A DNA stretch of 64,000 nt, taken from the NCBI GenBank assembly GCA_002633005.1, contig NMRA01000012.1, positions 886,564 to 950,563 of the forward strand. Reading direction: 5' to 3'. The translations under genes and the position numbers were made by a program. Source of the DNA: Phoronis australis. Taxonomy: Eukaryota > Animalia > Phoronida. Positions 26,463 to 39,176 of the stretch are shown here, in pieces. Numbering within the stretch: the first letter of the stretch is position 1; every line of letters begins with the position of its first letter. The notes below the pieces were generated by a model. It was not told where the DNA came from and did no database searches. It saw only the letters and a list, made by a program, of their open reading frames with translations.

Positions 26463-29080
26463 TTAAGAGGGACATTTTTGAACAAGTGCCGGACATGAAG
26501 GCACGCATATTCTTCGAAGGAATATTTCCTTTTGTAATTATAAGGTCTTTGATACACTGTAGTCGGAACTTTGTAATGTCACCGGCATTTTTATCAACTT
26601 CATCATCTCTACGTGTTGGGTTTTTTAGCAAAATATTTTTCATGAATGTAATTAAACATGGTAACGTAAAGATCAGACATTTGAACACATGAGGAAAAAT
26701 GGGCCTTTCAAAAACCCGACTAGCGTATATTCAGGTTTGCGGCACCTAGGCTGCCGTGACAAGTCCATGCGTTGTAAAGGGGGGCCCCCAGGGCTCTGTC
26801 CTATGACCCCTTTTATTCAACACATTCATGCTTAAAGGACAGCTTTCCGTTTTCTCATAAGTCATTGTAGATTTTTACATGCTGACGGCAATACCCTCAT
26901 GTATGTCCATAACGATATAGGGCGCGGTCGCAGGTTGCCTATTCAATTACCTGTTCACTGTAAATCCCAAAAGTTTTAAATCATTTTCTTCTCCTGAAGT
27001 GACCTGGACGAAACAACTTTTGTCGCGGACAGTTGTAATTTGTGCCCAACTAAGAGATAAGAAAGTGAACTGAGGCAAGTGTTCAATAATTCACTTGCTG
27101 TCACAAGTACTGACGTCAACCCATTTCCCTTGAATCAAACATTTGCCCTACAAAACTTGGCCCACCGCCTATAAGCTATTGTGCAGAACTGTTTCTAATA
27201 TAGGATCGATTTCTACATTTTAAAGACAATTTTGTTCGATTGGTACATTCCTACATCAAATTGCTCATGACGACGCCGCACTCATAACAAACCCGTTGTA
27301 CAGGCCCGTAGCCATTTCGATCGAACCGCCCCATCCAGCGGAAAAGCTCCAGCCCCGACCTATCCGTTAAAGATGGGATATGGAAGGGCAACAAAAACAA
27401 AATTGTTGCAGTTCCTGATACTACTAACTACAATGATAACGAAGTCACTAATAATTTTGAACTTAGTTCACGTAATCATCGGCTCGTACCCGGTCAACTT
27501 CGCCCGAATGATGTTTGATGATAGGATCGTGCAGACGATTAGAGGATGCTTTATGTTATTCATCGGCATTGAACGCGCGTGATGGCTACATTATGATAGG
27601 GTAACATGGGAGTCTAGAAGTAAATGTATATACATAGCTAAGCTACATAGCAGCGAGAGAGCTCCCAAAAAACTGAAGTAGTGCCGTGTGAACGTCTTAA
27701 AATCGACCAAGAAATAAAATAGCAGAAAGTAGGTTTATTTGCTATTTTGATACCGGCAGAGTACGGTAAAGTGCAGACATTTTCACTTTGGTNTCACAAG
27801 TACTGACGTCAACCCATTTCCCTTGAATCAAACATTTGCCCTACAAAACTTGGCCCACCGCCTATAAGCTATTGTGCAGAACTGTTTCTAATATAGGATC
27901 GATTTCTACATTTTAAAGACAATTTTGTTCGATTGGTACATTCCTACATCAAATTGCTCATGACGACGCCGCACTCATAACAAACCCGTTGTACAGGCCC
28001 GTAGCCATTTCGATCGAACCGCCCCATCCCGCGGAAAAGCTCCAGCCCCGACCTATCCGTTAAAGATGGGATATGGATGGGCAACAAAAACAAAATTGTT
28101 GCAGTTCCTGATACTACTAACTACAATGATAACGAAGTCACTAATAATTTTGAACTTAGTTCACGTAATCATCGGCTCGTACCCGGTCAACTTCGCCCGA
28201 ATGGTGCTTGATGATAGGATCGTGCAGACGATTAGAGGATGCTTTATGTTATTCATCGGCATTGAACGCGCGTGATGGCTACAACATGATAGGGTAACAT
28301 TGGAGTCTAGAAGTAAATGTATATACATAGCTAAGCTACATAGCAGCGAGAGAGCTCCCAAAAAACTGAAGTAGTGCCGTGTGAACGTCTTAAAATCGAC
28401 CAAGAAATAAAATAGCAGAAAGTAGGTTTATTTGCTATTTTGATACCGGCAGAGTACGGTAAAGTGCAGACATTTTCACTTTGGTGTATGACATGCATGC
28501 GTGTATACGTGTGCGCGTTTCCATTCTTTTAAATTCAGTACAGGCCCACGATAATTAAATTCACTATAGGCAGTCCTCCGTCGTTGCTCAAAAATCAGAC
28601 ATTTAAATACATGGGCGGCGCACCATAGAGGGTTGGGGGCTATAGTCCCCGCTATTTTCAGTGCTTCGCCGTCCATGGTCTATGCCGGGGGGGCGGTGCA
28701 CCACAGGGGGCTATAGCCCCTCACTTTTTTCAGTGCTGCATACTCCCATGAACTACTGTATTTTCTTGCACTAAGAACTACCCCGACAAGCATGTTCATA
28801 TCATTAGAGAAAAGTAGATCTAAACCTAATAAAAACTTTGGTCAATGAAGAAAGTCTTCTCTTGTCAATCAGTACCGATGACGCACAGCCTCGCAGGCGT
28901 CATACGAGCAAAAACTTGATTTCCAAGGTTACATGTCACTATTCCGAAGGTTCATCACTCCAAAATTCCACCACTCCGAAGTTACTGCGAAAGTTCGCTA
29001 CCTTCGAAAGTTCATTGTTTCGCTACTATTATTAAAATTTCTTGGTCTATTTACACCGACCTCTAGTCTATATACACTGT

Positions 29081-29122
29081 CACGACGTTTCGGTCGGTCT
29101 CTTCTCCGGCCATCGTCAGGTG
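29081..29122 (-). ncRNA. minimal type I hammerhead ribozyme motif (Penelope pLTR type)
   Basis: The minus strand reads CAC-CTGACGA-T-GGCCGG-AGAAGAGA-CCGACC-GAA-ACGT-C-GTG: core boxes, helix II with 5 of 6 pairs, palindromic ACGT in place of helix III, and CAC/GTG as helix I. Confidence 0.6.
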
Positions 29123-29175
29123 TTCCCTCATTCTTAGAAGAACGAGCACGGATACGTGGTACACTCATTGTGGAT

Positions 29176-29255
29176 GACTCCGTGGTGTAGTGGTTAAGGT
29201 TCTAGACTCGAAGTATCTGTAGTTTCAGAAGTCGTGGGTTCAAATCCTGCCTCGC
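29176..29255 (+). ncRNA. tRNA-derived (Arg-TCG-like) Pol III cassette; not a functional tRNA
   Basis: A box TGGTGTAGTGG (29183-29193), GACTCGAA anticodon-loop remnant and B box GGTTCAAATCC (29237-29247). The acceptor stem does not pair. Confidence 0.65.
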
Positions 29256-29300
29256 ACAAAAAATCACGTATCCGTGCTCGTTGTTCTAAGAACGCGGGAA

Positions 29301-29342
29301 CACCTGACGATGGCCGGAGAAGAGACTGAACGAAACGTCGTG
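29301..29342 (+). ncRNA. minimal hammerhead ribozyme motif, second copy (weaker helix II)
   Basis: CAC-CTGACGA-T-GGCCGG-AGAAGAGA-CTGAAC-GAA-ACGT-C-GTG. Confidence 0.5.
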
Positions 29343-31296
29343 ACAGTGTATATAGACTAGAGGTCGGTGTAAATAGATCAAGAGATTTTAATAATACTTG
29401 TAATCCGCCACCACCTCAGAGCTTCGAATGTCCGCAATTCCGAAACCAGAACTCTGATTGTCTGCTATCGAGTCGGAACTGTCGTGAGAAAGGTATTATA
29501 TTTGTACCCATTTAGTAACTATTTAAAGGGTTTACAAAAATTGAATAATTCTAAAACATTGATTACATTGTTTACAAATGAGCTCAGTTCCAATCACTGC
29601 CAATCGTGAATCTTCAATCTAACTAAAGACTCATTAAGTCTCAAGCAGGAACTGCAACATCGAGTCAGGACTTCAGCGACCAATAGCGGCGGTTTTAAAT
29701 TTAAGAAGACTGAATGGGACTCTCCGACTTCGTGAAGACTGGCAGGGACAGGGTAGCCTACTAACTACATTTAGTTTTGACCCGGCCATGCCCTTGGTTC
29801 CGCAGCAGCCCTAAACTACATGTACTAGCTCAGTCACGCTGTGAAATGATGCGACCATGCATGAATTTGATGAATGTACCGTGCTTGATAATTCATCGAT
29901 ATTCCTAGTCTTATTTCATAATCTTTTAAAAATTCAAGTACGTACTCATTTTCCGTATTCGAAAGACATGCGGGCAATTTCGCATGCGCATGAAATCCGG
30001 GCGTTGTTTGAGCATAGGTACACCACTTAGTGCATCTAATAACCGAAGTGTCGTTTATTTTTGCAGGTAAAAGGGGATATCTAATACACCCAAGTCCGAA
30101 ATTTTAGATCTTTTCTGAGTAATGAACCTTCGGAATAGTGAATCTCTAGAGTAGGGAACCATTGGAATACTGGGCTGTTCCCATTTCCAGCGATGTAAGC
30201 AAGTTAAGTAACACGCAAAATACAACCAGATCAAAATATTCAAGTCCATCATGCTCCGATTAAATAAATTTCCGTTCGAGTATGTAATGAGGTGTAATCA
30301 CCCATTTAAGCACCCCCGGTTTGAAAGTAACGCGGAAACATTCTCTTTCTGGACCACATTACAGGCGAATTTGGGTCCCGTTCTTTGTGAGCAACCGTCA
30401 GGGCATCCTCATTTCTGGTATTACGAATTTCGTCTGATCTTGGGAACTTAGAGCTGAGAGTCGTTGTTGTGTATATAGATTTCCCTTCCCCCTAATTAAG
30501 GGCCTTACCGAAAACTCTAATGTGTCGACGTTTGCAAAATATCAAAGGTCACCGTACAAAAAATTAGAACCACACACCCGCGCAATGCTTGCTAGGGGCC
30601 TGATTGTACAGGTCCACCTTGATTTTAAGCATTCTGCGGAATGGACAATATCGACAGCTGCCAGGGGAAATATAGGTCAACTAATTGGCCAATCACAAAA
30701 GGGTCATTCCATCCTTGGAAAGCGGACTTTAAAAAGACGGCGACGTGCCGAGACTTCCAATTAATCCATGGTAGCCGTTCACCGAGGTTCAAGGGTAACA
30801 ACTTAAGGGTGGCATATGTGTCGGACTCATCTGCAGTAAGTCACAACGAAGCTGTCCGATTTAGTTGCTCGTGGAACCTGTCGGGCTACGATCGGGCGAC
30901 ACCTTCAAGGCGAAGGCAACCTTTTTCCATGTCACTTTGAGCTAAAATAAGGTTGGTTGGTTATCCTAGACATATTTTCCACTTAATTACAGCTTTTCGT
31001 AATTTTATAAATTACTCGTCCGATACTCCGGAAGTGACGTTTTAGGAGGCAAGCGTTTCCCGCCACTTGGTTTTGCGTTGACTTTACCGTGCGAATCTGT
31101 TCTATTCTACTTTTGTTTTGTGCTGTTTTTTAACAATTTTCGCCTCCACTTTCCATCGGCGAGTATTCTGCGGCAAGATAGGTTAGTAGAGAACTCAACT
31201 ATACGTTGGATTTAGGGANTGTGATTGAAATATTCTCTCCAACGGTTCAAATCACCTGTGACCACAGGGGTGACAATTTGAAAAAGTACAAAATCA

Positions 31297-31588
31297 CAGG
31301 CGGATTTAGGGGGAGGGCCGCAAGCAAAATAAACTAGCAATAAAACGTGAAGCGGGAGGAAACTAGCTTGTACTGAGTTCGAGCTAGGACCGGTAGCGGA
31401 CGAGGGGGGAAAACACGTTCTCTTTTATTTTTTTAGTCCAACGGTAGATTTCCTGAGCAGAAGGTATACATCCTCGACGCCCGCAACTTCCGGACCGCCT
31501 GCCTGCATACAATCGCGCTTTGCCCGCTTTTCCGAGGATGTCGGGCCCCCCTTCACTAGACCTATATGGTATCCTAGATCAGCCACTG
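31297..31588. mobile_element. hAT-like MITE (GGCGGATTT ... GATCAGCCACTG)
   Basis: Homologous to 51765-52043 (GCCGCAAGCAAAATAAAC...GGACCGGTAGCGGA...CATACAATCGCGCTTTGCCC...TAGATCCGCCACTG). Confidence 0.6.
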
Positions 31589-33026
31589 AAAATGGTACTT
31601 GAGACAGAGCTATGAGACCTTGCAAAAGGGTGGGGTGCTATTGATGGTGATCGGGAGGTCAGTAGAGTTTTCACTGACCCGTCACTCGGCGAAACGTCCC
31701 TCACTCAGAAGGCCGCACACACACGAGGCACCTTTCCCCTCGGATATGAACGAGGCCTCTGAAGAAATATGATAACTATGCTTGTTCCAGGGAGATCCAG
31801 GACTTTGAGTTAGGGGGGTGGGCAAGGCAGAGTATTAGCCAGGATTTTGCCAGACAGAAATTCGCGTTCCTGAACTGCCAAATGGAATGTGGGAGAATTT
31901 TAGGGGGAGGGGTGCTGGGGCATAGCCCCTTTGCTCCCCTCTAAATCTGCCACTGTGTTCTGTCCAGTTAACTGAAATTGAGCTCTAATACGAGGTTATG
32001 CTTTGGACGAAAGAATTAGGTGTTTTAATTTTAAAATTCAATTTGGTCGAGACTGATAGTTGAAAAATATAACACATGAAATAGACGTAATTATTAAAAC
32101 CAAGAAAGAAGAATTGATGGTCATGTAATTTTTATTTTCAATTGCAAGCCTAGTTTTTTATCGTAATCAAAATAGATATTTAATAACATCAAGTATTATT
32201 TCAGATCAATGACAAATCAACTGTTAGTCCCGGTAGTGCTTACCTCACCAGGACCTAGGCTATGCTTGAAGCTAATTGGCCTACTCTTGATCAACAAATT
32301 AAACCAGCTGAGACTAATTGCACATGACAGCAAAATGCTATGAGCCACCACTGTCAAATATATCTTCAACTCGTCAACAATACGACCAGATGACCTGGTT
32401 TGTGTAGAAAGCATTTTTATCAAGAATTTATTAGAAGAAAAGTAACCCTGCATTCAGCATGATACCTAATCCGTAACACTACGATCGCCGCAATTTGGTC
32501 ATGTTTACTTTTCATGTTTCGAACATAGTTTTCCGGAAAAAAACCTATATCCTTTCGTCAGACAACTCTTTGGTGCATTGATTTGTTCTTTAACCGTATT
32601 TTTCTACGTCTCTGTGGTTAATTATTGACACATTTTTAAGATTTAATATTCAGGTTGGACTCCAAAGACCGACCATTTAACTCACGCAATGTAAATTTCC
32701 GCTTTGTTTATCGCAGTGAGCCTCGCTTTGGATTTTAATGTCCGCCGCGTGAATAGAGTCTATATCGACAGCTGCCAGGGGAAATATAGGTCAACTAATT
32801 GGCCAATCACAAAAGGGTCATTCCATCCTTGGAAAGCGGACTTTAAAAAGACGGCGACGTGCCGAGACTTCCATTTAATCCATGGTAGCCGTTCACCGAG
32901 CAGAGGTTCAAGGGTAACAACTTAAGGGTGGCATATGTGTCGGTCTCATCTGCAGTAAGTCACAACGAAGCTGTCCAATTTAGTTGCTCGTGGAACCTGT
33001 CGGGCTACGATCGGGCGACACCTTCA

Positions 33027-34342
33027 AGGCGAAGGCAACCTTTTTCCATGTCACTTTGAGCTAAAATAAGGTTGGTTGGTTATCCTAGACATATTTTCCA
33101 CTTAATTACAGCTTTTCGTAATTTTATAAATTACTCGTCCGCTACTCCGGAAGTGACGTTTTAGGAGGCAAGCGTTTCNNNNNNNNNNNNNNNNNNNNNN
33201 NNNNNNNNNNNNNNNNNNNNNNNNNNNNNNNNNNNNNNNNNNNNNNNNNNNNNNNNNNNNNNNNNNNNNNNNNNNNNNNNNNNNNNNNNNNNNNNNNNNN
33301 NNNNNNNNNNNNNNNNNNNNNNNNNNNNNNNNNNNNNNNNNNNNNNNNNNNNNNNNNNNNNNNNNNNNNNNNNNNNNNNNNNNNNNNNNNNNNNNNNNNN
33401 NNNNNNNNNNNNNNNNNNNNNNNNNNNNNNNNNNNNNNNNNNNNNNNNNNNNNNNNNNNNNNNNNNNNNNNNNNNNNNNNNNNNNNNNNNNNNNNNNNNN
33501 NNNNNNNNNNNNNNNNNNNNNNNNNNNNNNNNNNNNNNNNNNNNNNNNNNNNNNNNNNNNNNNNNNNNNNNNNNNNNNNNNNNNNNNNNNNNNNNNNNNN
33601 NNNNNNNNNNNNNNNNNNNNNNNNNNNNNNNNNNNNNNNNNNNNNNNNNNNNNNNNNNNNNNNNNNNNNNNNNNNNNNNNNNNNNNNNNNNNNNNNNNNN
33701 NNNNNNNNNNNNNNNNNNNNNNNNNNNNNNNNNNNNNNNNNNNNNNNNNNNNNNNNNNNNNNNNNNNNNNNNNNNNNNNNNNNNNNNNNNNNNNNNNNNN
33801 NNNNNNNNNNNNNNNNNNNNNNNNNNNNNNNNNNTTGTTTCGCAGGGACCTTCATCAGTTCAGCGTACAAATCCCTTTCGTAATCGGACGGCAGAAAGTG
33901 CTTGCCACACACACGGTAATTCTCCACTGCTTTGTACGTTGCGTGGACGGGTAACGCTGCGTTCTTCACACGAACGAGCCAAGTATGGCGAAGTGTGTCA
34001 TCCATCGGAAAGCGATGCAAAGGTACTCCCAAAGCGCAAGTGAGCCGATAATTAGTACATCCTGGTACGCAGCAACAGTGTGGCATGTTGACTGACTAGT
34101 AAATGAAAGCAAACGACGACGGAACTTAACACAACCGAGGTAGAACAATGACTGACACGGCAGCTCTCACAGTCAGACTATATGAAAAGAAATTGGCGCG
34201 AAATGCTTGCCTCCTAAAACGTCACTTCCAGACGAGTAATTAATAAAATTACCAAAAGCTATAATTAAGTGGAAAATATGTCTAGGATAACCAACCAACC
34301 TTATTTTGGCTCAAAATGACATGGAAAAGGTTGCCTTCGCCT
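33027..34342 (-). mobile_element. Kolobok-like family B element with ~150-bp TIRs, gapped interior
   Basis: TTCA|AGGCGAAGGCAACC...GGAAGTGACGTTTTAGGAGGCAAGC at the left and its reverse complement at 34200-34342, followed by TTCA. Contains a THAP ORF. The left end is repeated at 30908-31060. Confidence 0.82.
33835..34086 (-). CDS. THAP (C2CH zinc finger) N-terminus of a putative transposase, running into an N gap
   Basis: MPHCCCVPGCTN...LHRFPMDDTLRHTWL...YRVCGKHFLPSDY contains the C-x4-C, FP, W and C-x2-HF THAP signature. Confidence 0.85.
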
Positions 34343-34542
34343 TTCAGCTATCTTTTTCCTATACGCAACAAACGATCGTAATATCGATCCTTAATTGTTG
34401 GCGCATGTTAGTATAAAACTGAACTGTGAAAAATAACAATAAAACAAAGTGCTGGTTAGTGCCAAGATAAAACAGGTCTTATTAATTACTGTGTAAAATT
34501 GATGTTGAGGATGTGACTTGTGAATATTTCTGTTGTTTCTAA

Positions 34543-34885
34543 TTAGATGACGAATTGTGGGAGTCTATTACAGAGTAAAATGCTAGATGGAAAGAAAGTT
34601 AGAGTTTGCATAGTATGCAGTGCGGATGTATGATCTCTCAAAGGTATGAGAGTGGGGGTTTCGTGATCTGGAGGTATGCAGGAGTGGAAAGTATGAGTGA
34701 GGAATAGCAACCAGGTTATGTACACTCTTGTACAGAAGGGATAGTATGTTCTGAGCTGATCGTCTTTCCAGGAGGGTGGGCCAATTGAGAGTTCTGAGCA
34801 TGGATGGAACGGAGGAGTACCTTGAGTAGTATTTAAAAGGAACCTGGCTGCTTTACGCTGTATTTTTTCTATCTTTTCAATATAT
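34543..34885 (-). mobile_element. 5'-truncated LINE (CR1/L2 group) ORF2 C-terminal fragment
   Basis: IEKIQRKAARF...YSSVPSMLRTLNWPTLLERR...LLYKSVHNLVAI...YYANSFFPSSILL.NRLP matches the typical C-terminal tail of these reverse transcriptases. Duplicated at 35871-36205. Confidence 0.8.
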
Positions 34886-37208
34886 AGTGTGTCGCTCCGT
34901 ATAAGGGTTAGGGCCTTCGGTTTCAGGGTTAGGCACGGTAGGCTAAGTGAGACTATTCAAATTTCTTGCGCCTTACTCCGTTTCGTAGGCATTGACGTTT
35001 GTTTTCAAAGAGAGCTCGTGGTTGTGGCTAGATGCTCTCTCCGCGAGACAGATTTATTTGAGCCTGGCCCACTGCTTTCGATAACGTCTTAAAGTGGAAC
35101 TTGCACCCCAATTCTTTATCTCTGATTTCATGATCAAATTAGAAACACAACATATAGTGACGATGTGCCTAACGTGGTACCCCAAATGTTTTAAGAACGA
35201 GTTTTGACGCGAAAGTGATATAGCCTCGATCACCGTATCCACTCAGTTGTATCATGTTGGGGAATAACACTGCATATGGGACTATGTGAGCCCACGGGAG
35301 CGTTTCTCTAACAAACCTGTTTTAACTGAACTTCTGAGCTCTTGTATGGGCAACATCCTGATCGATTTACTGGGTGTACCCCCACCCCGTTTGAGTGCAA
35401 TTATCACCGTACTTTGCTTGATGCATATACTGACGTGGTAGGGTCAACGACTCACCTGAGGTAATACCTGTGAGTCAAAATTCTGTGCTTGAATTTGAAA
35501 TTCTGCTTTATCTCAAGATCGCATATGCCTCAGATACCCTAGCCAGCCACTGAGCTAGCGGTATGAAGACTATTGTATTTAGTATACAGCTTCGCGCCAA
35601 GGCTACAGATACCCACTTCCTGGTTGGCGGGTAAGTGGTGCCCGGCCTTCACCCATTTTGTGGCTACCTCATTCTGGTGACATCCAGACTTGTTCTTCTG
35701 TGAACTGAACTGGTTATGTATTTGTAGCTNATAAAACTGGAGTGTACGTAACTGTGAAAAATAACAATAAAACAAAGTGCTGGTTAGTGCCAAGATAAAA
35801 CAGGTCTTATTAATTACTGTGTAAAATTGATGTTGAGGATGTGATTTGTGAATATTTCTATTGTTTCTAATTAGATGACTAATTGTGGGAGTCTATTATA
35901 GAGTAAAATGCTAGATGGAAAGAAAGAGTTTGCATAGTATGCAGTGCGGATGCATGATCTCTCAAAGGTATGAGAGTGGGGGTTTCGTGATCTGGAGGTA
36001 TGCAGGAGTGGAAAGTATGAGTGAGGAATAGCAACCAGGTTATGTACAGTCTTGTGCAGAAGGGATAGTTTGTTCTGAGCTGATCGTCTTTTCAGGAGGG
36101 TGGGCCAATTGAGAGTTCTGAGCATGGATGGAACGGAGGAGTACCTTGAGTAGTATTTAAAAGGAAACTGGCTGCTTTATGCTGTCTTTTTCTATCTTTT
36201 CAATATATAGTGTGTCGCTCCGTATAGGGGTTAGGGCCTTCGGTTTCAGGGTTAGGCACGGTAGGCTAAGTGAGACTACTCAAATTTCTTGCACCTTACT
36301 CCGTTTCGTAGGCATTGACGTTTGTTTTCAAAGAGAGCTCGTGGTTGTGGCTAGATGCTCTCTCAGCGAGACAGATTTATTTGAGCCTGGCCCACTGCTT
36401 TCGATAACGTCTTAAAGTGGAACTTGCACCCCAATTCTTTATCTCTGATTTCATGATCAAATTAGAAACACAACATATAGCGACGATGTGCCTAACGTGG
36501 TACCCCAAATGTTTTAAGAACGAGTTTTGACGCGAAAGTGATATAGTCTCGATCACCGTATTCAGTTGTATCATGACGTGGTGTTGGGGAATAACACTGC
36601 ATATGGGACTATGTGAGCCCACGGGAGCGTTTCTCTAACAAACCTGTTTTAACTGAACTTCTGAGCTCTTGTATGGGCAACATCCTGATCGATTTACTGG
36701 GTGTACCCCCACCCCGTTTGAGTGCAATTATCACCGTACTTTGCTTGATGCATATACTGACGTGGTAGGGTCAACGACTCACCTGAGGTAATACCTGTGA
36801 GTCAAAATTCTGTGCTTGAATTTGAAATTCTGCTTTATCTCAAGATCGCATATGCCTCAGATACCCTAGCCAGCCACTGAGCTAGCGGTATGAAGACTAT
36901 TGTATTTAGTATACAGCTTCGCGCCAAGGCTACAGATACCCACTTCCTGGTTGGCGGGTAAGTGGTGCCCGGCCTTCACCCATTTTGTGGCTACCTCATT
37001 CTGGTGACATCCAGACTTGTTCTTCTGTGAACTGAACTGGTTATGTATTTGTAGCTTTGGCTTTATTTTTAGAAACTAATTCAGCAGTTACACCAGAAAA
37101 TTAATTTCTTTGGTCAGATAGTTGAATATTTGTCCTGTCAAAATATTGTCTACTTGAAATCAGTCGATCTGTATTGCTATACTTATTTCGTTTCAGGATT
37201 GATCAATC

Positions 37209-37855
37209 ATGGAACTTATGTACAAAGATCTGTATTGTCGCCTACGTAAGAGGGCCCATCAACTGGGAATTACGGATGAAGATTTACTAAAACATGGTGT
37301 TATTGAAGATTTGAGGGCCCCCCACTGGCGCTGGGGTCATGTCATTGGTTTCATTCTCATCATATTCATTGTCATGTTCGCTACTGTTCTCTCGAGTTAC
37401 TTAGTCAGTTGGCCACTTCCCAGGAGAACTGTGCTGACGTTTGTCACAGACAACATTTTAGATGCAGATTTAGAAGAGGTGCAATGTATTGTGTCCCATA
37501 AAGAGTATGTGTTTTACTTTATTCGGCCGCCTGTTAATTGTAATATGTGCAAGAACCTGTCATCTGTGGATCGAGTAGCAAACATGACACCTATGGAGTT
37601 TGAGAAGAAATATGCATACACCAGACGTCCAGTTGTGATTGAAGGTGGACAGAAAGACTGGTCGGCTGCTAAAACATTTTCATTTGCCTTTTTCAAGAGT
37701 GTGTATGCTAACGACAGTCCTGCACTTGATAGTGACGATCAGAACTGTCAATTCTTTCCTTACAAGACCAAGTTTCATACCCTTCGTGAGGTCTTCAATA
37801 TGAGTCACAACAGAGCACATTTAAAAGATGGATCGGACCCTTGGTACATTGGGTG
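37209..37855 (+). CDS. membrane-anchored JmjC/cupin-domain protein, coding exon 1 of 4 (335 aa total)
   Basis: Acceptor TTTCAG 12 nt before the ATG. Transmembrane segment VIGFILIIFIVMFATVLSSYLV, CNMC, FEKKYAYTRRPVVIEGGQKDW, ending WYIG-TG|GTAAG. Confidence 0.9.
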
Positions 37856-38758
37856 GTAAGTGAACCCTGATGGTTCAGTCTTATGGGTAGATCTCTTGTG
37901 CAAAATACAAAGCAACGTGGAGTTTTGTCCCATTTCTCTTGACGTCATAGCGCTTTAACGTAAACTGTCCAGCGAGAATCTGCCTGAGGTGTGTAAGACC
38001 TCTTGCTGTTTTTGCAGGTTCCAGGCTACATACCTGCCTATGTTACTTGTGTACTCAGTTTGAAACCTGAGAGTGTAATATTACTTTATTTATATGTCTC
38101 AATAGATAAAATCTATATCATGCGAAAGTAATTTTAAAAATTTCTATTTGAAAGGGTTGTTCCACTTTTAGCTTCAAATAGTCACATTTTACCAAATATA
38201 ATAGTCATATTTCAAGTACAAACAATAACCAATTAACTTTGTTTGATGCATTTTTACTTTATAGTTGATTTTCTTAAATTTCATGTTTTGTATTTCGGTC
38301 TTTGTTGCTACAAATCTGCAAAGATGTGGCTATCACCATATATAATATTCCCCGATTCCTTTTCTAAAGTAAATTGTACTAAACTAGTGTACAAAAAGTA
38401 CAAAGCTTAGTCTAGTCAGAAAAAAATGTTTTCATTTTTGTCTAAAGCCTCATGCAGTGTCATCTTTGTCACATGGGTGGTGCAGCACTGAAAACAGTGG
38501 CGCGTGGCTAAAGTCCCCCAGCCCCCCTGTGGTGTACCGTCCATAGATCATGAGCGGCGCAGCACTGAAAACAGAAGCGCGTGGCTAAAGTCCCCCAGCC
38601 CCCCTGTGGTATATCGCCCAAAGATCATGGGTGGCGAAGCACTTAAAAAAGTGGAGGCTATGGCTCCCCCTCAGCCCCCTATGGTGTGCCGCTCGTGTTT
38701 CAGTACCATGTTTGAAAACATTGTCTGGTTTGTATTCTGGAAAGTGACACTTTGTTTT

Positions 38759-38789
<31 letters not shown>

Positions 38790-39040
38790 AATTCATCGAG
38801 ATGCATTCCTTATTACGCTCGATAAAAGAATAGCCTGAATGGAGTTCACTGATTGGTTCAATTGGGAGATTCGCTGCCACTAACTTGACGTGTTCCAGTA
38901 TGAAATTTGAAATTTCTGTTTAACCTAATTAGTGTTAATAGTAACAAAATGGTAAGCCACTTTCGTTACTGTGTACCAAACAAGTGATGACGTGCCGAAA
39001 ACATTCTAGTCGTTTTTCTAATAACCTCGGTATTTTACAG

Positions 39041-39176
39041 GAGTAACTGTGATGGTACGGCAGCTGAAAAGTTACGACAACACTACAAACGACCGTACTT
39101 CCTTCCTAATGTGTCCGAATCAAGTAGGACGGACTGGATCTTTATGGGGAGTCCTGGTCATGGGGCACACATGCAT
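39041..39176 (+). CDS. JmjC protein coding exon 2
   Basis: TTTTACAG|G AGT AAC... gives (W)SNCDGTAAEKLRQHYKRPYFLPNVSESSRTDWIFMGSPGHGAHMH|GTGAGT, in phase with exon 1. A near-identical duplicate lies at 40252-40387. Confidence 0.9.

Larger units (their letters stand above)
29027..29396. mobile_element. palindromic Penelope-like non-autonomous element: two inverted 132-bp arms around a tRNA-derived cassette
   Basis: Arms 29027-29158 and 29265-29396 are reverse complements with a few mismatches. Each arm contains CTGACGA...GAAACGTC, and the 106-bp spacer carries A and B boxes. Confidence 0.75.

Noticed and set aside
29176-29255. Functional (intron-containing) tRNA-Arg gene
   Set aside because: Acceptor and anticodon stems do not pair properly and there is no adjacent T-run terminator, so it is treated as tRNA-derived.
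35089-35200. Third Kolobok-like end (TTAA-AGTGGAACTTGCA, similar at about 63463)
   Set aside because: Shared sequence is visible, but I could not find the matching opposite terminus or TSD, so it is not called.
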